64,000 nt of DNA, taken from assembly GCF_033722695.1 (NCBI RefSeq), contig NZ_JAWVYM010000006.1, forward strand, positions 58,299-122,298, written 5' to 3'. The notes beneath the pieces are model-generated. The model saw only the letters and a program-made list of their open reading frames with translations, was not told where the DNA came from and did not search any database. This document shows positions 42,475-51,685 of this stretch, piece by piece (the stretch's first letter is position 1; each line of letters begins with the position of its first letter). Source of the stretch: Pseudidiomarina sp. (lineage in GTDB: Bacteria > Pseudomonadota > Gammaproteobacteria > Enterobacterales > Alteromonadaceae). The position numbers and the translations under genes were made by a program.

Positions 42475-44046
42475 ATGATGATTCGGTTACTGACTACGAT
42501 TTCTCTTGTGGCGACTTTGCTGGCCGGACTCTCGGCTGCACTCGCTGCGCCCCCGAAAGCTCCGCCCCGGGCAGATCAGGGCGACGGGCCCTATACCCGG
42601 CTGATTTTGCGTGGCGGTACCTTAATTAACGGCGAGGGCGCTCCACCCATCGGGCCGGTTGATATCATCATTGAAAAGGATCGCATTGTCCAGGTAGTCA
42701 GCGTCGGGCATCCCGGCGTGCCGGTAATTGAGCAGGGGCGTCCGAAGGCTCAGCCCGGTGACCAGGAACTGGATGTCAGCGGTAAGTACATTTTGCCAGG
42801 CTTCGTCGATATGCATGGCCATATTGGTGGTTCGGCTGACGGGATCCCGGCTGAATATGTGCTCAAGTTGTGGTTGGCTCATGGCATTACCACAGTGCGT
42901 GAACCAGGCAGTTTTAACGGGCTGGACTGGGTTAAATGGCACGTGGAACGTGCCGAAAAGAATACCATCGTTTCGCCCCGTATCGTTCCTTACGCGGGCT
43001 TTGGCATGAATGCAGAGGAGCCGATCTTTACTGCCGAGCAAGCGCGCATCTGGGTGCGTGATATTAAGCGTCAGGGCGCGGCCGGCATTAAGTTTTTCGG
43101 TGCTACTCCGCGGGTTATCGAAGCAGCCCTCGACGAAGCCCATCGCCAACGGCTGGGCACCATGATGCATCATGCTCAGTTAAACGTCACACGGACCAAC
43201 GTGATTGACTCGGCCCGGCTGGGCCTTGGTACGATGGAACACTGGTATGGGCTTCCCGAAGCGCTATTTACCGATCAGGTGATTCAGGACTACCCGGCGG
43301 ATTACAACTATAACAACGAGCAGGATCGCTTCAGCGAAGCCGGTCGGCTTTGGCAGCAGGCGGCTGAACCGGGTTCCGAAAAATGGCAGCAAGTGCGGGA
43401 TGAACTGATCAGCCTCGACTTCACCATCAACCCGACCCTGACCATCTATGAAGCCAGCCGCGATCTGATGCGTGAGCGCCAGGCTATCTGGCACGAGGAC
43501 TACACGCTACCGCAACTGTGGGATTTCTTCACGCCCAGCCGTTATGCCCATGGCTCTTACTGGTTTGACTGGACTACCGATGATGAAGTGGCCTGGCGCC
43601 AGAATTATCAGAAATGGATGACCTTTCTTAATGATTACAAGAACCACGGCGGGCGAGTAACCACAGGCTCAGACGCTGGCTATATCTATAAAATTTACGG
43701 ATTTGGGTTTATACGTGAACTCGAATTACTGCGAGAGGCCGGATTTAACAACCTCGAGGTCATTCAGGCGGCCACCTTAAACGGTGCCGAAGCTCTGGGC
43801 CTGGAAAGCGACATCGGTAGCATAGTGCCGGGCAAAAAAGCTGACATGCTGATTGTCGATGAAAACCCTATGGGTAACTTCAAGGTCCTGTATGGCACGG
43901 GGCACTACAAGTTGAACGCGAACAACGAGCCGATGCGCACCAAAGGTATTCGGTACACCATCAAAGATGGCATCGTTTATGATGCGCAGGAGTTACTGGA
44001 AGACGTTCGTGAGCTGGTGCGTGAGGCTAAAGCCTCAGCGAAATAA
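42475..44046 (+). CDS. Secreted amidohydrolase-family metallo-hydrolase
   Basis: A signal peptide is present (...LSAALA|AP). Amidohydrolase motifs present are the metal-binding DMHGHIGG and GSDAGY. Confidence 0.8.
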   Translation: MMIRLLTTISLVATLLAGLSAALAAPPKAPPRADQGDGPYTRLILRGGTLINGEGAPPIGPVDIIIEKDRIVQVVSVGHPGVPVIEQGRPKAQPGDQELDVSGKYILPGFVDMHGHIGGSADGIPAEYVLKLWLAHGITTVREPGSFNGLDWVKWHVERAEKNTIVSPRIVPYAGFGMNAEEPIFTAEQARIWVRDIKRQGAAGIKFFGATPRVIEAALDEAHRQRLGTMMHHAQLNVTRTNVIDSARLGLGTMEHWYGLPEALFTDQVIQDYPADYNYNNEQDRFSEAGRLWQQAAEPGSEKWQQVRDELISLDFTINPTLTIYEASRDLMRERQAIWHEDYTLPQLWDFFTPSRYAHGSYWFDWTTDDEVAWRQNYQKWMTFLNDYKNHGGRVTTGSDAGYIYKIYGFGFIRELELLREAGFNNLEVIQAATLNGAEALGLESDIGSIVPGKKADMLIVDENPMGNFKVLYGTGHYKLNANNEPMRTKGIRYTIKDGIVYDAQELLEDVRELVREAKASAK

Positions 44047-44230
44047 GGGTGATTGCCCGGGATGCCGCTGCGTGCCGTAGCCCTTGAACCCACTGGTTCA
44101 AGGCGGGGCGCAAATCACGACCGTAGGCTTCTCGATACATGTCGAGCTTGCACAATAGCCGCTCAGTGAGCCCCTTTACTGATGACATCGGCTCAGGGAC
44201 ATAGGCGTGCTGGCGCACATCCCAGGCAAT
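44047..44230 (-). ncRNA. ssrS: 6S RNA (RNA polymerase-sigma70 regulatory RNA)
   Basis: The 184-nt minus-strand sequence shares blocks with E. coli 6S RNA: GUCCCUGAGCCGAU, GAGAAGCCU, CCUUGAACCA-N-GGGUUCAAGGG, GCGGCAUC. The closing stem pairs AUUGCCUGGGAUG with CAUCCCGGGCAAU. It sits immediately downstream of zapA, as in E. coli. Confidence 0.85.
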
Positions 44231-44258
44231 CATAATGTGGTCGGATTACGAGCTGAAG

Positions 44259-44564
44259 TTAGCGGCGCGGCCGCTGTTCGCTCATGACTTGTTCCAGGGT
44301 TTCCTGCAACAGCTTGATTTTATCTTCGAGCTCAGTAATCCGCTCTTGTTGTGCTAATGCGGTTTGCGTCGTTTCGTGACAAAGATTAAGCGCCGCCATC
44401 ACCGCAATTTGTTCCGGATGCGTAAGCCGGGTACCGCTGCGGATCTGTTCCAGCTTACTATTAAGTTTGTCCGCCGCTTGCTGCAGAGCAACTTCTTGTC
44501 CGGCCGGGCAGTTTACCGTATACAGGCGATCAATTAACTTGATGTCGATGGTGCGCTGACTCAT
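44259..44564 (-). CDS. zapA: Cell division protein ZapA
   Basis: 101 aa. The N-terminal segment reads RTIDIKLIDRLYTVNCPAGQE, and the C-terminus is a coiled coil. Confidence 0.88.
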   Translation of the reverse strand: MSQRTIDIKLIDRLYTVNCPAGQEVALQQAADKLNSKLEQIRSGTRLTHPEQIAVMAALNLCHETTQTALAQQERITELEDKIKLLQETLEQVMSEQRPRR

Positions 44565-44706
44565 GCCGGATCCTTGTTAGTCACGAATTCAAATTCGTCT
44601 ATAGTATGACATGTTCAGCGGGGGTTTGTCAGCTAGCCTGGCGCACTGCGCAGTGATAGGATAGCGAAGATAATTTGCGATAATAATCCAGCACAAGAGA
44701 TTTACT

Positions 44707-45294
44707 ATGTCTGATACGGATGGTTCAGAAAACAACTTGCACTCTTATGATCGTCTGACAGAGTTTTTTACCCAACAGGGAATTCTTTCAAATGCTGCCG
44801 AGGTGCACGGTATTCTGTCGGGGATGGTAGCCGGCGGCGCCAGCCTGAAGGGCGACGACTGGCTGTTATTACTCAGCGATCTGCTGAACGAAGGGCAGCA
44901 ATTGCCGCCGGCGGTGCGAGAAAAGCTTGAAGAAATGGCGAACGATATCACGGTCGGTATGAGTGATCCGGATCTCAGTTTCCAGTTAGTTCTGCCGGGT
45001 GACCATGAACCTCTGTACGAGCGTTTGCAGGCATTAATTGCCTGGGATCAGTCCTTTCTGGTTGGCTTCGGCGTGAACCAGACCAACCTGGCGGGACTGT
45101 CGGCTGATTTGCGCGAGGCTATCGACGATATGGTCGAGATTGCCAAGCTCGACTTCTCCATTGACGACGAAGAAGATGCTGAGCGCGCCTATTTTGAAAT
45201 TGTTGAATACCTGCGGATTTCGGCTGTGCTCTGTTTCACCGAGCTTGGCCAGAACCCTGATGGCGGCTGCAAAACCAATAAAACACTACATTAA
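44707..45294 (+). CDS. ygfB: UPF0149 family protein YgfB
   Basis: 195-aa acidic protein upstream of pepP-ubiH, with conserved synteny. It contains an AAEVHGILSGMVAGG segment. Confidence 0.85.
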   Translation: MSDTDGSENNLHSYDRLTEFFTQQGILSNAAEVHGILSGMVAGGASLKGDDWLLLLSDLLNEGQQLPPAVREKLEEMANDITVGMSDPDLSFQLVLPGDHEPLYERLQALIAWDQSFLVGFGVNQTNLAGLSADLREAIDDMVEIAKLDFSIDDEEDAERAYFEIVEYLRISAVLCFTELGQNPDGGCKTNKTLH

Positions 45295-45334
45295 TCCTCT
45301 GTTCATAAATCCCACGGTATAGGTGTCTGTAAAG

Positions 45335-46654
45335 ATGTCGAAACTTCGTTCTGAATACCAGTCACGCCGCCAGCAGATCCTTGACTTCCTGCGGCAGCAG
45401 CCGGAACCGGCCATCGCCATTATTCCGTCTGCGCAGCTCGCCACCCGCAGCCGCGACACGGAATATCCGTTCCGGCAAGACAGCGACTTTTATTATCTGA
45501 CCGGTTTTAATGAGCCGGACGCGTTACTGGTGCTGCTGCCGGATCACGACGAGCCGGTACAGTTGTTTTGTCAGCCCAGCGACCCTCGCGCCGAAGTCTG
45601 GCATGGCCGCCGGCTAGGTGTCGATCGGGCGCCACAGGAGTTGGGTGTGGATGGTGCCTACTCAATCGAGGATGCCGATGAACACTTGTTTGCTTTATTG
45701 AACGGCGTGCATAGCGTGTATACCCCCCATGACAAACCTGACCTGACGACCATGCTACATGAGCTTGCGGCTGAGCTGCGGCGTACCCCGAAAAAAGGCG
45801 ATCGGGCGCCGCAGGCATGGCATGACCTGGCCCCGACCCTGGCGCAAATGCGCTTAGTTAAAAGTGAGGTTGAACTTGAGCTGATGCGCCGAGCTGCCGC
45901 TATTAGTGTGGACGCCCACAAGCGGGCGATGCGCTGTACCCGCCCCGGCGCTTATGAATACCAGGTAGCCGCTGAAATTCACCATGAGTTTGCGCTGCAG
46001 GGCGCGGCCGGACCGGCCTACGGCACCATTTGCGGTAGCGGTGAGAACGCCTGCATATTGCATTACACCGAGAACAGCAGCCAGTTGCAGGATGGTGATT
46101 TACTGCTGATTGATGCCGGCGCTGAGTTTCAGGGCTATGCCGCGGATATTACCCGCACCTTCCCCGTTAATGGCCGCTTCACTGAATCGCAACGGGCGCT
46201 GTATGAAGTGGTACTTGCCGCGCAGGAAGCAGCGCTGACGACCATTAAACCCGGTAGTAACCTGCCCGCCGCTCAGGAAGCAGCCGCCCGCGCTATTACG
46301 CAGGGCCTGCTGGATCTGGGAATCCTGACCGGCAGCTTCAAGCAGCACTGGGAGCAAACCAGCTACCGGAAGTTCTTTATTCATGGTCTGGGCCATTGGC
46401 TGGGTCTCGACGTACACGATGTCGGAACCTACGACGTTGCCGGTAAAAAACAGAAGTTTGCGCCAGGAATGGTGCTGACCGTTGAGCCGGGCATTTATAT
46501 ACCCCCGGGCATGGCCGATGTCGATGAACGCTGGCATGGCATTGGAATTCGGATTGAAGACGATGTCATCGTCACTGCTGACGGGTACGAAAATCTGACC
46601 GGCGGCGTACCTAAAACCGTGGCTGAGATAGAACAATGGATGCAGCAAAAGTAA
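45335..46654 (+). CDS. pepP: Xaa-Pro aminopeptidase
   Basis: M24B metal ligands are present (DAGAEFQGYAADITRT, HGLGHWLGLDVHD, EPG, RIEDD). ATG at 45335 is preferred over the track's GTG at 45323. Confidence 0.93.
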   Translation: MSKLRSEYQSRRQQILDFLRQQPEPAIAIIPSAQLATRSRDTEYPFRQDSDFYYLTGFNEPDALLVLLPDHDEPVQLFCQPSDPRAEVWHGRRLGVDRAPQELGVDGAYSIEDADEHLFALLNGVHSVYTPHDKPDLTTMLHELAAELRRTPKKGDRAPQAWHDLAPTLAQMRLVKSEVELELMRRAAAISVDAHKRAMRCTRPGAYEYQVAAEIHHEFALQGAAGPAYGTICGSGENACILHYTENSSQLQDGDLLLIDAGAEFQGYAADITRTFPVNGRFTESQRALYEVVLAAQEAALTTIKPGSNLPAAQEAAARAITQGLLDLGILTGSFKQHWEQTSYRKFFIHGLGHWLGLDVHDVGTYDVAGKKQKFAPGMVLTVEPGIYIPPGMADVDERWHGIGIRIEDDVIVTADGYENLTGGVPKTVAEIEQWMQQK

Positions 46655-47832
46655 CCCCGGTAGTGATTGCCGGCGGCGGCCTGGTTGGCGCGCTAAGCGC
46701 ATTACTGATCGCCCGCCATCGACCAGATTGGCAGATTAAAATACTTGAACCACAGCCCTCAGGGCCGGTTCAGGACGGACGCACTATTGCGCTGGCTGCC
46801 GGTACGGTCGGCCTGCTGGAGCGCGAAGGGATCTGGTCGCAACTGAGTAAAACGGCGTACCCTATCGAGCATATTCATGTCAGTGATCGCGGCTATGCTG
46901 GTGTTACCCGACTGCACGCAGAGGAACACCAGGTGCCGGCGCTGGGCCAGGTAATTGCTGCAGCTGATTTAAATCTGGCACTATATGACGCCTGCCAGGC
47001 ACAGAATAATATTGACTGGGTCGCCGGTGCCCGCTTTAGCGAAATCAAGGCAGGCCGCCAAAGCAGCGAAATTATTTACCAGCAAAACGCAGGCGAGCAT
47101 AGTTTATTTGCACGCTTGCTGGTCGGCGCTGATGGTCAGCGCTCGCGGGTACGCGAAGCCTTAAATATAGAGACTGATCAAAGCGACTATCAGCAGGAAG
47201 GGATAATCACCACCTTAACCTTATCGCAGCCGATGGCGGGCTGGGCGTACGAGCGCTTTACCGAACACGGGCCGGTTGCGCTGCTGCCGCTTAGCGAGTA
47301 TCAGGCATCATTAGTATGGAGCCTGCCGCCGGCAGCGGCTGAAGAAGTGCGACACAGCAGCGATGCTGAATTCCTGCGCCGTTGTCAGCGGGCATTCGGT
47401 TATCGTGCCGGACGCTTTACCGCCGTGGGCGAACGGCTGCAGTTTCCGTTACGCATGCAACTGGCAAAGAATAATGTCGCCCACCGCGCGCTGCTTATTG
47501 GCAATGCTTCCCATGCGCTGCACCCGATTGCCGGCCAGGGCTTCAACCTGGGCGTGCGCGACGCCATTGTATTGAGTGAAGTGCTGCGGCACTGCGATGA
47601 TCCTGGCAGCTATCGGGTACTGAACAATTACTGGCAGCATCGCGAGGCGGATTATAAACGCGTGATCGGTCTGACCGATCTGCTGGTGCGGGGGTTTTCG
47701 AATACCTTCATACCCCTGACCTTGTGCCGCAACCTGGCGTTGTTGGGGCTGGATATTCTGCCTCCGCTGCAACAGCAGTTCGCCCGCCAGACCATGGGCT
47801 ATGTAGACCAGTTAAAACCGGTGACGGAGTAG
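46636..47832 (+). CDS. ubiH: 2-octaprenyl-6-methoxyphenol hydroxylase
   Basis: FAD fingerprint VVIAGGGLVGA and a GNASHALHPIAGQGFNLG motif. It follows pepP with a 19-nt overlap. Confidence 0.88.
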   Translation: MDAAKVTPVVIAGGGLVGALSALLIARHRPDWQIKILEPQPSGPVQDGRTIALAAGTVGLLEREGIWSQLSKTAYPIEHIHVSDRGYAGVTRLHAEEHQVPALGQVIAAADLNLALYDACQAQNNIDWVAGARFSEIKAGRQSSEIIYQQNAGEHSLFARLLVGADGQRSRVREALNIETDQSDYQQEGIITTLTLSQPMAGWAYERFTEHGPVALLPLSEYQASLVWSLPPAAAEEVRHSSDAEFLRRCQRAFGYRAGRFTAVGERLQFPLRMQLAKNNVAHRALLIGNASHALHPIAGQGFNLGVRDAIVLSEVLRHCDDPGSYRVLNNYWQHREADYKRVIGLTDLLVRGFSNTFIPLTLCRNLALLGLDILPPLQQQFARQTMGYVDQLKPVTE

Positions 47833-47837
47833 CTGCA

Positions 47838-49001
47838 ATGAGCAAAGCAGGACAGAACTTTATTATTACCGGCGCTGGCATGATGGGTCTGAGTATGGCG
47901 CTGGGGTTGCGGCAGCAAGGGCATCAGGTGGATCTTATTGAGCAGGGCGAGCGCCCCGACTACAGCGACGCGCCTGAGCTACGGGTCAGCGCGCTGGCGC
48001 ACCGCAGCCGTGACTTGTTGCAGCAACTGGGCGTGTGGAAGACGTTGCCTGGAGCGCGCCTTGGACCCTATACCGGAATGGAGGTATGGGATCGTGACAG
48101 CTTCGGGCGCATCCAGTTTGATGCCGCTGAAGTCCATCAGGATAACCTCGGTGCTATTGTCGAAAATGCTGTGCTGGAACAGACACTGTGGGATGCGGCA
48201 GAGGCGGCCGGTGTGCGCCTTAGCCCCGGTACCACAGTAAGCGCCCAGCAACTGGATGACAATGGCGTTCGGGTGAGCTTATCCGATGGCCGGCAACTGC
48301 AGGCAGATTACCTTATTGCCGCCGATGGGGCGCGCTCACAGACCCGCGAGCGGGCGCAGTTACCGCTTACTTTCTGGGACTACGAGCAGCAAGGCATAGT
48401 CGCAGTAATAAATACCGTGCAGCCTCATGGCGGTGTCGCCAGACAGGTCTTTATGCCGGAAGGCCCTCTGGCTTTCCTGCCGCTGGCTGATCCGCAGCAG
48501 GTATCAATTGTCTGGTCGGCTGATAATGAGCGGGCAGAACAACTAAAAGCCATGTCCGAAGACGATTTTTGTAAGCAGTTGCAAGCCGCCAGCGACCATT
48601 GCCTCGGTAAACTGCAACTGGCCTCGCCCCGGGCGAGCTTTCCGTTACGTATGCATTACGCTCAGCGCTGGCTGCAGCAGCGGCTGATTGTGATTGGCGA
48701 TGCTGCCCATAGTATCCACCCGCTGGCGGGGCAGGGGGCCAACCTTGGTTTTGCCGATGTAGCTGCACTACTCAGAGTGTTTAGCGACACTATCGGCGAC
48801 GATCGGCAACGCGCACTGCGAAGCTGGGAGCGGGAACGTAAAGCGGCCGCAGTGGTGATGATTGCCGCAATGGAAAGTTTTAAACGTGGCTTTGGTACCA
48901 GCCAGCCGCTGATCAAAATGGCGCGGGGCCTTGGCCTGCAACTGGCGCACCGGTTGTCGTCGCTGAAGCAACGGCTGATCCACGCCGCGCTCGGGCAGTA
49001 A
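47838..49001 (+). CDS. ubiI: UbiH/UbiF/VisC-family ubiquinone biosynthesis flavin monooxygenase (UbiI/VisC position)
   Basis: FAD fingerprint IITGAGMMG and GDAAHSIHPLAGQGANLG. ATG at 47838 is taken as the start, because the track's start at 47724 lies inside ubiH. Confidence 0.85.
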   Translation: MSKAGQNFIITGAGMMGLSMALGLRQQGHQVDLIEQGERPDYSDAPELRVSALAHRSRDLLQQLGVWKTLPGARLGPYTGMEVWDRDSFGRIQFDAAEVHQDNLGAIVENAVLEQTLWDAAEAAGVRLSPGTTVSAQQLDDNGVRVSLSDGRQLQADYLIAADGARSQTRERAQLPLTFWDYEQQGIVAVINTVQPHGGVARQVFMPEGPLAFLPLADPQQVSIVWSADNERAEQLKAMSEDDFCKQLQAASDHCLGKLQLASPRASFPLRMHYAQRWLQQRLIVIGDAAHSIHPLAGQGANLGFADVAALLRVFSDTIGDDRQRALRSWERERKAAAVVMIAAMESFKRGFGTSQPLIKMARGLGLQLAHRLSSLKQRLIHAALGQ

Positions 49002-49024
49002 GCGCCCGGCAATGAAAACAGCCG

Positions 49025-49882
49025 CTACAGGCGCTCGCTGATAAACCGCGCCAGTTGTCCCGCCGCCTGATTATCCTGGCTTGCCAGCTGCATCACCACA
49101 CTAACCTCACCCAGCTCGGGTAGTTCTGTCAGCCGCGCCAGGTTGGTCGGTACTGTACTGGCGGCGAGTACAGTAATACCCAAGCCACTCTCGATGGCGG
49201 CGGTGAGACCGGAAAAATCGGCATTGGTATAGCTGATCCGTATAGGTCGGCCCATGGTTCGCATCGCGGCGACCGCGCGGCGCCGGTAAATACAGCCTTC
49301 CGGCGCGGCGACCAGCGACAGGCTAGCCTGAGGGCTTAGCGACAGGTCAGCCATGGCGCTAATGCCGGGCCCGACCCACACCAGCGGCTCTTGCTTGAGA
49401 ACGACCAGATTGCTGTTGGATGCTTTGTGATCGGGTTCAGTGAGTGCCACCACCAGATCAAAATTAGAGTTGTCGTCGCGCAACAGATCTCTGCTCAGAG
49501 CCGAGGTTACCGCCAGAGTTACGTTGGGATAAGCCTGGGCAAACTGACCGACCACCTGGGGCAGCAACTTGCTGGCAAACTCACTGGGAATGCCCAGACG
49601 CACCCGGCCCGAGAGTGACGATTCGGTAAAGCGTACCAGGATCTGATCGTTGAGGTTGAGCAACTGGCGCGCGGCATCAATCAGCTCACTGCCTGACTGA
49701 GTCAGCTGAATTCGACCGCCGGTGCGGTGAATCAACTGGCGGCCTAATTGTTCTTCCAGGCGCTGAACCTGTAAACTAATGGCCGGTTGCGAACGACCCA
49801 ACTGCTGACCTGCTGCGGTATAGCTCTGCAGCTCGTAAACACTGATAAAAGCGCGTAGCGCGTCGAGTGACAAATGTTGCAT
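49025..49882 (-). CDS. LysR-family transcriptional regulator, divergent from gcvT
   Basis: N-terminal wHTH (LRAFISVYELQSYTAAGQQLGRSQPAISLQVQRLEEQLG) and a LysR substrate-binding domain. Confidence 0.85.
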   Translation of the reverse strand: MQHLSLDALRAFISVYELQSYTAAGQQLGRSQPAISLQVQRLEEQLGRQLIHRTGGRIQLTQSGSELIDAARQLLNLNDQILVRFTESSLSGRVRLGIPSEFASKLLPQVVGQFAQAYPNVTLAVTSALSRDLLRDDNSNFDLVVALTEPDHKASNSNLVVLKQEPLVWVGPGISAMADLSLSPQASLSLVAAPEGCIYRRRAVAAMRTMGRPIRISYTNADFSGLTAAIESGLGITVLAASTVPTNLARLTELPELGEVSVVMQLASQDNQAAGQLARFISERL

Positions 49883-49950
49883 GGTAGCGACCCCGGCATC
49901 CCGCTAATTACGGATGCAATAAGTAAAGACAATAAAAATTATATCACTAT

Positions 49951-49970
49951 TAAATAAATTAATTTATTTA
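49951..49970. promoter_or_regulatory. Perfect 20-bp AT palindrome in the LysR/gcvT divergent region (candidate operator)
   Basis: TAAATAAATTAATTTATTTA is its own reverse complement and contains T-N11-A type LysR-box architecture. Confidence 0.4.
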
Positions 49971-50057
49971 TAAGCATTATTCATTTGTTGCGATGCTCTG
50001 AGAGTTTTATAATTCGCACCTATTTTATGAACGAACAAAGCACAGGACACCCTGAGT

Positions 50058-51140
50058 ATGGCGAACCGCACACCTTTGTACGACGCACACATTCAAGCAG
50101 GCGCGAAGATGGTCGACTTCTATGGCTGGAAAATGCCACTGAACTACGGCTCGCAAATTGAAGAACACCACGCTGTGCGCAGTGACTCCGGAATCTTCGA
50201 CGTATCACACATGACCATCGTCGATGTGCAGGGCAAGCAGGCGAAAGACTTTCTGCGCTATATGCTCGCTAATGATGTCGCCAAACTGTCGATACCGGGT
50301 AAAGCCCAATACAGCAGCATGCTCAACGAGCAGGGTGGGGTTATTGATGATCTCATCGTCTATTATTTTACTGACGAGTCGTACCGCCTGGTGGTCAACT
50401 CAGCGACGCGGGAACGCGATCTGAACTGGATCCAATCGGTTGCTGCTGATTTTGATGTGGAAGTAACTGAACGTTCTGAATTCGCCATGCTGGCGCTGCA
50501 AGGACCAAAAGCTGCGGAGAAATTAAAACTGTTGCTCGGCGATAAAGCATTTGCCGATGTCGTCAACATGAAGCCGTTTATGTCTGAGCAGGTTGGTGAT
50601 CTTTTTATCGCCACCACGGGATATACCGGTGAGAAAGGCTATGAAATTATTGTTCCGGCAGACCAGGCGGAAGGCTTGTGGCAGGAACTGCTCAACCTGG
50701 GTGTCCAGCCAAGTGGCCTTGGTGCGCGGGATACCCTGCGTCTGGAAGCGGGCATGAACCTGTACGGCCAGGATATGAATGAAAATGTAACCCCGCTGGA
50801 AGCGAACATGGGCTGGAGTGTCGCCTTTGAACCGGCCGACCGTGACTTTATCGGCCGCGCCGCGCTGGAGCAGCAAAAAGCCACGGACCACAACAAGCTG
50901 GTCGGGCTGGTAATGAAAGAAAAAGGTGTACTGCGTCACGGCCAGAAAGTGGTCGTTAACGGCGAAGAAGGGGTGATTACGTCAGGAACCTTCTCGCCGA
51001 CATTGGGCTTCTCGATCGCCATGGCTCGGGTACCAGCGTCAGTGGGCGATACCGCTGAGGTGGAAATCCGGGGAAAATTAGTTACAGTTAGCGTAGTGAA
51101 ACCAAGTTTTGTGCGTAATGGTAAATCGGTGTTGGCGTAA
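50058..51140 (+). CDS. gcvT: Glycine cleavage system aminomethyltransferase T
   Basis: N-terminus [11 protein letters not shown], compare E. coli MAQQTPLYEQH. 360 aa. Confidence 0.96.
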   Translation: MANRTPLYDAHIQAGAKMVDFYGWKMPLNYGSQIEEHHAVRSDSGIFDVSHMTIVDVQGKQAKDFLRYMLANDVAKLSIPGKAQYSSMLNEQGGVIDDLIVYYFTDESYRLVVNSATRERDLNWIQSVAADFDVEVTERSEFAMLALQGPKAAEKLKLLLGDKAFADVVNMKPFMSEQVGDLFIATTGYTGEKGYEIIVPADQAEGLWQELLNLGVQPSGLGARDTLRLEAGMNLYGQDMNENVTPLEANMGWSVAFEPADRDFIGRAALEQQKATDHNKLVGLVMKEKGVLRHGQKVVVNGEEGVITSGTFSPTLGFSIAMARVPASVGDTAEVEIRGKLVTVSVVKPSFVRNGKSVLA

Positions 51141-51200
51141 GCTAACCCTGGCCGGCATGCTGTCAGAATAATATTTAAAACTTATTGAAAGGAACAGAAC

Positions 51201-51590
51201 ATGAGCACTATCCCTAAAGAACTTAAGTACACTGCGACGCACGAGTGGGTACGTAACGAAGGTGACGGTATTTACACTATAGGCCTGACCGAGCACGCAC
51301 AGGACTTGCTGGGCGATATGGTTTTTGTCGAGCTGCCGGAAGTTGGCTCTAACGTTGATACCGGTGATGACATCGCGGTTGCCGAATCAGTCAAGGCTGC
51401 TTCTGACGTATATGCTCCTATTACCGGCGAAATCGTTGAAATCAACGAAGAGCTGGAGAACTCGCCGGAGAGCGTCAACAGTGACCCATATGGCGATGGT
51501 TGGTTGTTTAAGATCAAGGCGACTGACCCAAGTGAATTAGACGGTTTGCTGGATGCAGAAGCATACGAAGCCGTTATTGAAGAAGAGTAA
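51201..51590 (+). CDS. gcvH: Glycine cleavage system lipoyl carrier protein H
   Basis: Lipoyl-lysine motif ESVKAASD, 129 aa. Confidence 0.96.
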   Translation: MSTIPKELKYTATHEWVRNEGDGIYTIGLTEHAQDLLGDMVFVELPEVGSNVDTGDDIAVAESVKAASDVYAPITGEIVEINEELENSPESVNSDPYGDGWLFKIKATDPSELDGLLDAEAYEAVIEEE

Positions 51591-51610
51591 GTTTTAAAAG
51601 CAAATACACT

Positions 51611-51643
51611 AACCCCGGTTCTTAACGCCGGGGTTTTGTGTTT
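51611..51643 (+). terminator. Hairpin with T-rich tail between gcvH and gcvP (partial terminator or attenuator candidate)
   Basis: AACCCCGG (51611-51618) pairs with CCGGGGTT (51628-51635), followed by TTGTGTTT. Confidence 0.5.
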
Positions 51644-51685
51644 CAAGTGATCTCTATCCACCCGAACCCAGGGGACCAGAAGTAC

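Noticed and set aside
44027-44233. 68-aa minus-strand ORF from the track (MIAWDVRQHAYVPEP...)
   Set aside because: It coincides almost exactly with the 184-nt 6S RNA. The sequence conservation here is at the RNA level (6S blocks and closing stem), and the ORF has no Shine-Dalgarno.
46100-46702. Long antisense ORFs inside well-supported genes. Examples: 200 aa opposite pepP here; 188 aa at 53651-54217 opposite gcvP; 180 aa at 40553-41095 opposite serA; 183 aa at 42622-43173; 162 aa at 22696-23184; 167 aa at 17467-17970; 150 aa at 28331-28783
   Set aside because: They lie entirely within strongly conserved genes on the other strand. They have low-complexity, Arg/Ser/Pro-rich or otherwise unrecognisable translations, and no start-site signals. 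This is the expected by-product of codon bias.
49883-50057. Possible glycine riboswitch upstream of gcvT (fragments CTCTGAGAG, TCGCACC, ACAGGAC)
   Set aside because: The region is too short and too AT-rich. The conserved aptamer cores (ACCGAAGGGGCAA, CUCAGGCAAAAGGAC) are absent. A covariance-model search would be the decisive test.
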